A DNA stretch of 64,000 nucleotides, taken from the human T2T-CHM13v2.0 reference genome, Homo sapiens. The notes under the pieces were generated by a model. It was given only the letters and a program-made list of their open reading frames with translations, was not told the origin of the DNA and did not search any database. Below are positions 15,694 through 34,625 of this stretch, piece after piece. The position numbers were made by a program, and so were the translations under genes. The DNA is taken from assembly GCF_009914755.1 (NCBI RefSeq), contig NC_060935.1. One strand, 5' to 3'. Within the stretch, counting starts at the first letter, position 1. Every line of letters starts with the position of its first letter.

Positions 15694-17436
15694 TCAAATA
15701 AGATTTAATTCTGTTTTGATTAGATGTATGAAGAACCCCCAAATTACTGCCAAACCCATAACTGATTAAAAATGACCATTTTTAGTTAGCTGCCCTGGCA
15801 GCATGCTTAGATTGGGAGGGACTTGTTAGATTATCAAGCACTACTCAGAGAAGGAAGAGTAGTTGCTATAAACATGGATAGTAGGTTGATGGGAAAAGAA
15901 AGAGCAACAAGGATAAGAATGAGAGATGAAATATTCCACTAGTTACTGAAAGTTGATTCTCATGTGAAGAGGGGAATAGATTATTGTCTCATGATAGAGT
16001 GGCACACTGTTTACATCACTAATACATTTCTACTAAGTAGGATGAATGAAAGCAGCAAGCCTAAGGTTGGATAAAAGTGATCAGGCTAATTGCCCTCCCA
16101 CACAGCAAAACAACTTCCTTTCTTGGTAAAACAAACAAAAGACACCAACTAAGTGGGATTGCTAGGATTCACTGAGATTTTACTGCCATACTCTCTTAGG
16201 CGGTTCTTTAAAGGTTCATGGATTAATAGATGTATGACCTTGGTTTTGGGTTTAGATGTAGCTGGCGCTAATAGGATTCTTCCCCTGAAGATGGTTATGA
16301 TTATAGGAAAGCTGGAACATTAGGGAAGGTGGAAAGAGGGGCTTAGCATGGCAATGGAGACTGAATTAGGATCTCAGAGCTGAAGATATTAAATTGTGGC
16401 ATAGTCATCAGTTATAGAAAGTCATATAAAAACAAAATGGCATTCAGTGAAGTGCAGCAAGTGCAGCATATATAATGTTAATATTAATACAAAATTTATA
16501 TTAAGATTATTCTTGTTTAACTATGTCCATAGCACTTAATATAATTATTTTTTCATTTTTAGTTTTTCTTGATTTTTATAATAGTTTGAAACGAGAGGCA
16601 CAATATGTTCTATCCCCTAGATGAAAAATCTAATATGCAAATGTCTCAAATCATATGGTATAAAGTAGTAGAGCCAAGAGGAAATTTAAGCTATTTTCAA
16701 AATTAGTTTAAGGAACTTTACATCAAAGATATTGTTAATCAAAAGAATACTTTCAGAAACTTAGAGAGGGAATACAATGTCACATAAGTACATATGAACA
16801 TTCTAAGAAATATCAGTAAATTGGCCTAGTAAAAATTAGAAGAAAATTATTTCCATGGAATTTTCCTGTTGGAATCGGCTCCTGGAAAGGATGCCTGTGA
16901 CAGAGATAATATTGCTCCTCATATACTTCACCTTTTCTGCTATGTATCCCAGTCTCCATGTGGTTAAGTCGGGCCAGGTGGTTAATTCTGGTGACTCAGT
17001 TGTGATCAGAAGTGATATATGTGGCCTCCAGGTCAAAGCACTTAGCTGAAAATGTGCCAGTATCCCACTCTCTCTTCCACTGCATTAAACCTGGATTATG
17101 CTATTCAAAATAGTGGTGTCAGAGATGGTGGAATCCAGTTGGTTTGAGTCTCAGTGTGATTATATGAAATAGAGCCACTTGATGACTTAACTGGGTTATA
17201 TGGAATTTGTGACTAATATAACTATGTTCTGAGAAGCATTGATGTTTCAGGACTTAGATTTTACTATGGCTTAATCTAGACTATGCTGATTAGGATAAAA
17301 GCAGCCACCAGAAAAGGATCTGAACAAGCTTTTGATTTCGTATTTTTTATTTTATTTTTTTCCAGTTGCCATCGCTATGTAACTACGTGACAGAGGTGTA
17401 TTCTTATGTCTGTGCATCTGTCTTAGAGATTGTAGT

Positions 17437-17542
17437 TTAAGAGGATGAGTCTCTCTGCTTGAGGTTTTGGTAAAATGAAGTTTGATTCAAGTCTTGATAA
17501 GAACCTTCTGAAGCTGGTTTCAGGGAAAAGTAATGCAGAAAT
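17437..17542 (-). pseudogene. Candidate relic terminal exon with tandem YxxL motifs
   Basis: Acceptor tttatttacAG; one frame reads ...PASEGSYQDLNQTSFYQNLKQRDSSS-TAA; AATAAA at about 17346-17356. Confidence 0.35.
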
Positions 17543-19399
17543 CTGTAAATAAACCAAACTATCATTAGAATAATTTTACCTACATCCTCAGAGTTTTATT
17601 ATAATCCTGTCCTTTAAGACATACCCTGACTTACAAAGCCTACCTCCAAAATATGCTGAGCTGGTGTTACTTAATACATATTATCCAGATAGTGTATGGT
17701 AGAGTCAACTTCAGTCACGACTGATGCTACTAGACTACTCAGTGATTCAGAGATGTGTGTCAGGCAAACATGTTTCCATCTACATCCGAGTACTCACAGG
17801 ATTTGTAGAAAAGGAAGACAAAAGAATGTTTATCCATCAGGAGATATTCTAGATGACACAAGTAGGGATATTTAGGAGGTCATTCAACCTGGTAATTTCT
17901 GGAAATCATGGAAATATGGGATATTTATGAGGGCCAGGAAAATTAATTTATGTCTATTAGGAGTGTAATATATTTGTGTGTGTATGCAAGTGTATATGTG
18001 TGTGTAATTTTATATCTATCTCTAGGCATATGTATAAAGGACATACCATAGACAAATATATGAAAGATTTTCTCAGGTATAAGAGAACATTTGTGTTTTC
18101 AATATACTTAAATTTATTCTTTTAATGCTTAAGGCTATATTTCCTCTCTTAGTCTTTAAAAAAATAACTTGTATATATCTGGACAAATGGCTGGCAATCT
18201 GTGGCTATGTTTTTAATTTTTGTTTTCATCTCATTATGGTCAGATTTGAAGACCTGACTGATTGAATGTAAGAAGAATTACCTTCATAGGACAATTTCTG
18301 AATTAAACACTTAAAATAAGTGGATGCTTCTTTCTTCTCTTCCTGTTTCCTGCTGACATGAATGGAGGCACAGTGGCTGAAACTGGAACCACCTCACTGA
18401 ATCCAGACATGAATTCTACAGATTGATGAGAATAAGGCTGTTCTACCATTCCTGATTTTTGAAGATATCTTATTTTGACAGACTCAAAGATCTAGATTGC
18501 AAAAACCTGGAACCATTTGTCATGTAATGCAATCTCCAGTTCCCCTGCACCATCAGGAAGTGGATGGAAAAATGGGGCAAACTTCCCAATACCCAGAGGG
18601 TAATAAGTAAAAGGCCAGAATGAGCAGAGATGAAAACCATATTATAAGCAGATCTTGCTGTATTTCTTGGGGAGCAAATCTCAATTCCTGCCTAAGAGAA
18701 TCAAATAAAGTCTATGAATAGGTAACTCCAGGATTACTAATTATTTCTTTGTCCAACTAGATGTTTTTATTCTTTTTAATCCTCCTAATTGATCATGGTA
18801 TTTTGACTGTGAGTGTGGGAAAGTACAGACAACATGATTTCCCAAATAACAAGAAAGTGGTTCCAGAATTGTAGGAAAAATAATGTTAAATCATTAAAAA
18901 TTTCCTGAGATTGTGCTAAGTATAACAAATGTCTGAGACTCTGGATTTTCTACCTCGATGAGAAAATAAGTGCATTTCCTTTTTGGGGAGAGAGTTGAAC
19001 ATTTGGGTGGCCAGAGAAAAGACTGTGTTAGGGCCAGAGAATGTGGATTGTCTAGCAATTTTTATTCTGATCTTGCTTCCTTGAATAGAGCTCCTGGTTT
19101 TAACCTAGACATACAACTGCTCAGTCAATAGCTAGATTTCGTCACCACTCATAACTGTGTGTGGTTATATGACAAAGATCTGTCCATATGATGCAGACAT
19201 AAAGGAAAAAGCTTTAGTTACAACTTTCATACCTTAAAAGAAGCCACACAAGGAAGAAAGCAAAGCTATACTCCCGGGTACGGACTACCTACTCCTGAGC
19301 TGTTGCAGAACAGGAAAATCAAATGACAATTTCTTTAAATCACTTTGTATATAGTCCTAGTTCACAGCATGTTAAATGTACTGTATCACAGTAGTATAA

Positions 19400-20025
19400 T
19401 TTATCTCTTTCTTTTTGTCACCCAAGGTGAAGTGCACTGTTCAATCAACACTTACTGTAATCTCAGTCTCCTGGGCTCAAACAGTTCTACCACCTCAGTC
19501 TCCCAAGTAGCTAGTACTACAGGCATGTGCCACACATCCGGCCAATGTTTTATTTTCTGTAGAGATGGGGTCTCACTCTGTTGCCCAGCTTTGTCTTGAA
19601 CTCCTGGACTCAAGTAATCCTCTCACCTCAGCTTCCCAAAGTACTAAGATTACAGGCATGAACCACTACGCCAGGGCCAATTTATTTCTTCATTGGGCAA
19701 TTGACTTTATATACTTTGAGTGTTTTGTTTTGTTTTGTTTTTTGAGACACAATTTCCTTCTGTCACCCAGGTTGGAGTGCAGTGGTATAATCTCAGCTCA
19801 CTGCAAACTCCGCCTCCCAGGTTCAAGTGACTCTTGTGCCTCAGCCTCCTGAGCAGCTGCGATTACAGACGTGCACCGCCACGCCCAACTAATTTTTGTA
19901 TTTATAGTAGAGATGGGGTTTCTCCATGTTGGTCAAGCTGGTCTCAAACTCCTGGCCTCATGTGATCTACCTGCCTCCGCCTCCCAAAGTGCTAGGATTA
20001 CAGGTGTGAGCTACTGCGCCCAGCC
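19400..20025 (-). mobile_element. Two adjacent antisense Alus (J-like about 19400-19678; S-like about 19720-20025)
   Basis: Alu consensus motifs; the second is flanked by tactttgagt. Confidence 0.9.
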
Positions 20026-20366
20026 TACTTTGAGTTTTTTTGAAGTGAATGGCCTACTTTCATATCCTTACCATGTGCACAGTGTATCAAACAAATAAGT
20101 GTTCAATAGATATTAAATCAACTAATGAATCAATTAACAAATAATATTGAATTACTTGGTGTTACCGTTGAGAGTTTCTGAGTATCCTAGGTGTTTATAA
20201 ATGTAGGGCAAATATGACCAAAATACTGTTTGAGGAGTGGTCCTCAAAAACTATACACGAACAACAGCTGTGCCTTTCTTCCTCTTAACAAATATTTGAA
20301 AAATTATATGCAAGATTACTAAATAAAATAATCAATTGCATCCTCATTCTCTCAACTGTTACTCAC

Positions 20367-20468
20367 CCAACTGATTTTACTGCCATCTGCAGTATAGGTG
20401 AGTGTGCAGAGAGCAAAAGTAATTGAAAGTTGCAAGCAGTTTAGCATCATCAGTACAATCACAAGGCC
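20367..20468 (-). pseudogene. Relic MS4A TM4 exon, 102 nt, acceptor mutated
   Basis: GLVIVLMMLNCLQLSITFALCTLTYTADGSKISW, 34 aa as in the MS4A6A TM4 exon; donor GTGAGT; acceptor ctgttctctttaacGG instead of AG. Confidence 0.7.
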
Positions 20469-21329
20469 CCGTTAAAGAGAACAGAATTCCGTTGGCTGGG
20501 ATTCCACCTCATGGTCGTATCAAGACTTGTATCCTAAAGCTTCATCTCAGGCCTTTGGAGTCCCCTCCACTTTGCATTAAACAAAATGATGACACGAGTT
20601 TGAATCTCAATTCAAAAATATATGTTCTGCTTTTGAAGAAGAAGTGGATTTCAAAAAAATAAAACAAAACACCAACACAAAACAAAACAAAGCAAACAAT
20701 AACAACAAAAAGCCAGCGTTACTTTGAATTTTAACGCAACAGTGCCTGTATTAAAAAATAGTCTCGGTAACTTTCCAGTATTCCCAACGATCATTTTGCT
20801 GAGGGCTTTCAGAGGTTGGAGGGTGGGAGCAGGGAGAGGATCAGGAAAAATAACTAATGGGTACTAGGCTTAATACCTGGGTGATGAAATAGTCTGTACA
20901 GCACGTTCCAATGCCACAAGTTTATCTATATAAGAAACCTGCACTTGTACCCATGAACTTAAAATAAAAGTTAAAGAAAAAGGCCCGAAGACAGTCCAAT
21001 GGATAAGGGTCTAGGGAGAAAGTTCAAAAGTTCCTGATTAATAAACACTTTCATGTGCAAAAAAAAAAAATAGGATCTCTTCTCAGACGTCAGAAAAAAA
21101 TGCAGTATCTGCACATTTTTTCAACGGATAGGGAATTCATGGAGAAATGGTAATGGACCCAGATCTCCCTACCGAATCTAGTCTCCTAAATAAAACTAAG
21201 AAGTCTCCAAAAGTTAGACGTTTCTGGAAATAAATGATTCATCTGACAGATGTGAAAGTATCTAGAGTCAAGCCAATACTGATTCTCATAGGTAAAGCAT
21301 GTTAGTTCTTTTCGTTTTGCTTCATGTTT

Positions 21330-25690
<4,361 letters not shown>

Positions 25691-26170
25691 TAATTTTTGT
25701 ATTTTTTGTAGAGACGGGGTTTCTCCATGTTGCCCAGGCTGGTCTTGAACTCCTGGGCTCAAGAAATTCACATGTCTCAGCCTCCCAAAGTGCTAGGATT
25801 GTAGATGTGAGTGACTGAGTCTGGCCAGATCACTAGACAAGTTCTAAAATGTTGGTTTTAACTCTAAGTAGGCAGCTCAAGACAGGTACCTCAAAGGCCA
25901 ATCTGCATTAAAGTAGCAAGAGAATACTATGAAGGAACGTATCTTAGAATGCTAGACTTGTCAAAGGGTAACTGTTTCTAATGTATCCTAACAATTATGG
26001 GGGAATTGAAAAAGATACATTTATTGTAGTTGGTAAATGCAAAAAAATGCACTCCATATTCAAATGGCTCCTTTTCTTCCTAAAACAATATGAAAAAAGA
26101 ACAGCATCAGAATACATTAAAATAAATTTAGCAGGAGAGAAGCAAAGTCAAGATGCCCAAATAATTTTTA

Positions 26171-28940
<2,770 letters not shown>

Positions 28941-31387
28941 TAATTTTTAAAATGCCCAGAATATGTCAGCAAAAACACACTTTCTAAAGAAATATTCTAT
29001 AAGTAACTAGAACAATAAAATCCTACTCATTCCAAGAATAGTTACAAATAAAAGCTGGAAAAACAATTTATAAAAATAGCCTATAAAATAAAGAGATAAA
29101 AAGGAGGAAAATGCACCAGAAATAGGGCTTTACCTCTGTGAAATATATCACAGAGGAGCATTCTGACTAGTTGAAACAACTTGTGCAGGCTGGTGGATAG
29201 GAGAGGCCACTATTGAGAAATCCTTTAAAGGAACAACAATTTGAACAACAGGTGTTTCTTTAAAAATAAAGAAAATGGAACATTTGTGAAGTGATTTTTT
29301 AAAACTAAAATTCCACATGCAATTTTATTGTAGAAACTTACCACAAGCTTAGTTGTCTAAAACAATATGTTTATTATGTCACATTTCCTGTGGTTCGGAA
29401 GTCTGGGCGTGGCTTGACTAGGTCTTTTGAGAAGCTGAAATCTAGGTTTCAGCAAGGCTTGCAATCTCATCACAGCATAGATAGCTTTGTAATAACTAAT
29501 CTTCCAGTCAACAAACATAATGTATTTCTCCACTTTCTCTAAAAAGAGTCTGGCGCCTCTTCCCCCTTGCTTCCACTGTTCCCTTGTGATCTCTGTGCAT
29601 GCTAGCTCTTCTTCACTTTCCACAATGAGTGCAAGCAGCCTGAGACTCTCACCAGATGCAGATGCCTAATCTTGAACTTTCCAGTCCTTGGAAGCATGAG
29701 CCAAATACACCTTATTTCTTTATAAGTTGCCAAGCCTTAGGAATTCCTTGATAAAAACACAAAAGGGACTAAGACACTTAATATATCTATTGCTATTGAC
29801 AATATAATTATTTTAAGTCATGTAGTCCTACTTTTTTATTGTCATACAGTTATACAAGTGATTTTAATATTTCCTCCATATACATCCTCCTTGCTAAATT
29901 CTCATTTTATATCTAATTTTTTTCTATAAATACATTTAAATTTTCTACACAAAAAATTCATTATCTGCAACTAATGACAGTTTGGTTCTTCTCTAACAAT
30001 TTATATTTAATTATGAATTGTCTTACTTTACTACATAAAGGACCCAGAATAATCCTGAATAAATGTAGGAAGTGTGTATAATTGTTGTGTTGCTGACAAT
30101 AATGTAACACTTTTCAGGTTTTATCACTAATAATGTTATTCACTGTAGGTTTAAAATAATTTTCTTGTTAGCTTAGGAAGTTTTCCTTTATCCTTATTTT
30201 TAAGAGTTTGCTTTAAAACTATGAATACTTGCTTTTTCATTCCAAAGATTTGTTGTCATGCATCTATTGAGATTATTATACTATTAAACTTTAAACAATC
30301 TGCTTCTGTGGTAAATGTGGTATTTAAAAATTAGAATGTTAAAATATATTTGAATATCTGGAATGAGTTCATCTTGATCTTGATACATTGTCATATTTTT
30401 TCTTTTCATATATTATAAAATTTTATTTGAAAAATTACTTCTGGCCCCTTACACTTCATTCATAGTGAGATATGCATATTATTTCCCTGCCTGTATTGAA
30501 CTTTTATTGTTCTTTTTTGAAGGATCCAAGGACGAATCCACCTCTTTGCATTTTTCAGCTTCCAGAGGTTGATCACAGTTCTTGGTCCCTTCAAAGCCAG
30601 CAATGTTGAGTTAAGTCCTTCTCACAAGGAAGGAGAAGAACTCTTCTGCCATTGTCACATCACTCACTATGACTACAAGCAGAAAAGGTTTTCCACTGTT
30701 AAGAATCCATGTGATTATACTGGACATGGGAGTGCATCCAGGATAATCTCCATATTTTAAAGTCAGAGTCTACCAATCTTAATTCTGCAACCTTTGACAC
30801 CCATGTGCCATATAATGTATTCAAAGGTTCTGGGGATCAGGATGTGGACATCTTTGTGGGGCTATTATTCTAAATACCACATTATTCTTGTCTAAGGATA
30901 TTGTCAAGGAAGATGGAAAACAATAACAGGTTATACTCCAGCTGAGGATTCATTGGCAGTAGAAATATCCTGTAACTTCAGTCATAGGGGAAGAACATAT
31001 TAAAAAGTGGGACAAATAGAGTTGTTGGGATGAGAAACAACCAACATGGATTTCTTTTTCTCCTTTGAAATACTTGTTGTGACATGGAGTGATACAAAAA
31101 TAACCAAACCAAAATAACCCAAACCAACTAACAACTTATTTCTATTATGGGTCTCATAACTTTGAAATGATATTCTGTGTCCTGGTTCTTGGAGAAGTAG
31201 GAGAAAGGAATGGTACAGAATCAAAACAATAATCAGCATTATAAAATAAGATGTCTTTATTATACTATATTTTGTCATTACAGGATTCTTAATGTGTAAA
31301 CTCCCAAATAGTCAGCTATATATAGTCTCACAGTTGTACATGGTGATTACCCAATAGTGTGAGAATAGGACAAATGTTTTGGAAACC

Positions 31388-31486
31388 TCAAACCACTGGG
31401 ATCTGTGGAAATGCCACATCATCATAGATATGTTCAGGAGAGACTACAGATCGTTCGTTCTCGTTATTTGGTACAAAAAACACAAC
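31388..31486 (-). pseudogene. Relic MS4A paralogue, candidate terminal exon
   Basis: VVFFVPNNENERSVVSPEHIYDDVAFPQIPVV-TGA, starting like the MS4A tails VVLILP and SVLFLP; acceptor tttcttcacAG; AATAAA at 31261-31256. Confidence 0.65.
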
Positions 31487-31559
31487 CTGTGAAGAAATAG
31501 GAAAATTCTAATTTTCTTATTTCTAATTATCTTATAGTTAGATAAGTAGGAAACTTATC

Positions 31560-32350
31560 TAAGTATACCAACAGGTATATGGGAAAGTACTGAAATCACT
31601 AACCATCAGGTAAATGAAAATCAAAACCGCAGTAAAATATTATCTCACACCTGTCAGGCTGGCAACTATAGAACAAAGCAAGTGTTGGTGAGGTTGTAAA
31701 GAAGTTGGTACCTTTGCACACTGTTGGTGGAAATGTAAAATGGTGCTGCCGCTCTGGAAAGACATATAATTTTTTTCAAAAACTTAAATAACTCCCATAT
31801 GATCCAACAATCCCATTTCTGGGTATTAATCCCAAAACAGTAAAATCAGGATCCCCAAGAGATATTAGCACTCCTATGTTCATTTAATCACTATTCATGG
31901 TAGCCAAAATATGAAAATGTGGTATATGCCAACCTAATACATAAATAAATAATGCTTTTGCTTTTTTTCTTCCAATAATGAAGAAAGGCCTTTTTAAGGC
32001 TTTAGAAAGAAGGAAATTCTGCAATATACTGCAACATAAATGAACCTTGAGGCCATGATGCATACGATAAAAACCAGTCACAGAAAGACAAATATTGCGT
32101 GATTCCAATCATACGAGGTATCTAAAATAGTGTGACTCATAGAATCAGAGGCTGAAATGCTGGTTACCAGGATCTGAGGATAGCAAAAGTGGGGAGTTGC
32201 TAATCAACAGATATAAAGCTTCAGTCAAGCAAGATGAGTAAGCTCTGGAGATCCTGTGTACACTATTGTACCTATAGTCAACAATAATATCTTGTACACA
32301 AAAATGCTTTAGGTTGCTAATCTCATGTTAAATATTCTTACCACAGTAAG
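31560..32350 (+). mobile_element. L1MA/MB 3' fragment inside the relic MS4A gene
   Basis: Degenerate ORF2 end (atcaaaaccgcagt...tatctcacacctg) and 3'UTR. Confidence 0.8.
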
Positions 32351-33016
32351 ATATACTATAGATATAGATATACTATTATTACATATATATACACACGTAT
32401 ATATATAAATATATATATGTATATTTAAAAAGAGTGGCAGATTAGACAAAGTGTCTAAACTGATTTTGTTTGTTTGTTTTAGCCATCCCTACACCTCATA
32501 GTATTTTGTTTGTTTTGTTTTGCTTTTGTTTGGCTTAGAAGTATCTTTTAGTCTTTAAAACCAGTTGCTTCTTATTTCACAACAGCCTGCATTTAACTCC
32601 CTGAACTTCTCACTCACTGTGGATGCCATTGAGGAAAATGAATGTATATGACCCAGTCATCTTAGCTTGTTGCTCAGAATCCTTGGAAATTATGGTGTAG
32701 CTACAGCTGTCAGTTTTCTGTTTTCTCTTCAGCTAGTGTTTCAAATCAAGAGGGAAGTGCTCCCTGGACTCTGAGTCCTTACAACATTTTCCATTGTCCA
32801 AGCACACAACATCAGAGTGGTCAGAGAGAAGAGGTTATTTTTTTTTCGGTACGTTATTCCTGGCATGGTTCAAAAGCCCAAATCCTGTAAATTTCAAGAG
32901 ATAGTCCAATATGTATAAGTCCAATGACTCCAGTTAGCTCCATGGTGAGAATTCACAAGGAAACCTCCTGAATATAAAACCTATTTATATTATTGTATTA
33001 GTGCAACAGTACTTAC

Positions 33017-33151
33017 TACAGAAAAAAATGTGCTATAAGTAGAGATACAAATTCTTCTTAAAAAGATATATATTACTTCCACAGCCATCAGAACTGTGCC
33101 TGTTCCTGCTGTGGTGGCACTGACTGTATTCATCCCCAGGCTGCCTTGGAT
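33017..33151 (-). pseudogene. Relic MS4A paralogue, TM3 exon, 135 nt
   Basis: IQGSLGMNTVSATTAGTGTVLMAVEVIYIFLRRICISTYSTFFSV with the GSLGMNxxS signature; acceptor ctttttctctccttttcAG, donor GTAAGT. Confidence 0.88.
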
Positions 33152-33560
33152 CTGAAAAGGAGAGAAAAAGATTTTTGGAAATATACAGTCTCGTGTTCTT
33201 TCTGTCTCTGAGAGTCCACAAAATGACATTTAACTCAGTTGATTTGAATTTGGATATCAACTTGGACAGTGCTCCCACTCTGGAAAAAAAAATGTTGGGG
33301 GGGAGGAAGCATCTGGTATAGAGGAAGCCTTGATTACATCAGGCTCCAATGCAGGGATTGTATTGCACATGGAATGTCATAGCACAGAGCTAAGTCTATC
33401 ATTCTTGCCTAAGTGTCACAGGGGAAAAATTTATTAGGATTACATGAGAACATTTCTAGGGAGCCTCTTTAGAGAACCAGCCAGGTTTGATGTGTCTTAT
33501 CCTTGCAGCTCAGGAAATGTCTCTTGCTAGAACTCTCAGGCTTAACCAAAAGACACTTAC

Positions 33561-33795
33561 CAGACCCTTGGTCGCTTTCCTTCCAGCAGCAAAGCCCCTG
33601 TTACAGACTTGTCCACTGACTCTCAAAGACATTAGCTTTCATATCCAGCATTCAGCAGTTCTTCCTAAATGAGGATACAAACCCAGTGTTGATGATGGTT
33701 ATGCTTCTGTGTACTAATTATTCAATTCATTTATACCTCTATTGTTTTTCCTGGCTGATTTGCTGCTATTTCCACAGTGCTCCAGACGGAAAGAA
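33561..33795 (-). pseudogene. Relic MS4A paralogue, 57-nt TM2b exon interrupted by a 178-bp insertion (33596-33773)
   Basis: Removing the insert gives exactly 57 nt, FFPSGALCFAAGRKATKGL, compare FIISGSLSIAAGIRTTKGL of MS4A4A; acceptor tttaatcAG, donor GTAAGT. Confidence 0.88.
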
Positions 33796-34006
33796 CTGAT
33801 TAAAGAGAATCAACTCAGAGCTTCCATCGGCACTCCCTTTCCTAAAATAATCTCCTACCTTCTCCCACTCTTTTGTCAATATTATTTACCCAAACAATTG
33901 TCCAAGTTTGGTATTTAAAATTAATGCATAGATTTTCAAGAGAAAATGATGAAGTCATTTGCAGATACCTGAAATTAGAAGTAGTAGAACAATGACTAGT
34001 ACTCAC

Positions 34007-34138
34007 TGAGAAGGATCCCCATAAATGATAGTTCATATTAATTATATGGAGAACTCCAACTGCATAAACAGTTGAAACAAAAAGCGCCATTGTGAGACGC
34101 AGGCATCGTGTCATCAGCCCAATCAGGATCTGAGCCTC
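34007..34138 (-). pseudogene. Relic MS4A paralogue, TM1/TM2a exon, 132 nt
   Basis: EAQILIGLMTRCLRLTMALFVSTVYAVGVLHIINMNYHLWGSFS, compare QILxGxM...YPFWG; acceptor tttactctccAG, donor GTGAGT, phase 0. Confidence 0.88.
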
Positions 34139-34339
34139 CTGGAGAGTAAAAAACATCCTGTGAGGAGGTGCATCTTCTCAGGGTGAAGGCCTTTCTAACA
34201 TCATTGCACATTAATTCCTTCCCCACCTCCGAGACTCCAAACTTGAGATATCTTGCAGGAAGATAAAAATGTATGCATTGTCTGTTCTCTTGTCCAACAC
34301 AGGATACTGCAATTAATCTTACTATTATTTATTTATATA

Positions 34340-34391
34340 TTTGCCATTACTTTTAATGGCAAAAACCGCAGTGACTTTTGCACCAACCTAA
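34340..34391. mobile_element. MADE1 (Hsmar1 MITE), partial
   Basis: gccattacttttaatggcaaaaaccgc...ttttgcaccaacctaa. Confidence 0.85.
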
Positions 34392-34625
34392 TACATAAGT
34401 AATGATAACATTTTTGTGTTTTTTTTCCTTCCAATAATGAACAGCTTTATTCAGTCCCTTTTCATTTTGTCAATTTGTAAGGTTTGTTTAGTTCAGAAAG
34501 GTTCAGATAGTTTTCTACCATACTCAGTGACCTGGAAAATGTGGATATCTTGAGGAAATCTCAGTCCTGTCTCAGGAAATGATGCTTTTCCCCTAAGCCT
34601 GTGCTCTGGTCTCGTGTTCACTCAC

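Noticed and set aside
17798-17848. 51-nt AG/GTGAGT-bounded segment between the orphan TM4 and ITAM-like exons
   Set aside because: Contains TGA in frame 0 and has no family motif; too weak to call.
29134-29258. Possible N-terminal exon of a second fossil MS4A gene
   Set aside because: Lacks the FLKxxPKVLG-type ending; the resemblance is only compositional.
32600-32900. Search for the fossil gene's TM4 exon between the TM3 and tail exons
   Set aside because: Splice-like sites exist but no frame gives a TM4-like peptide; it may be deleted, or it may be the exon at 20.4 kb.
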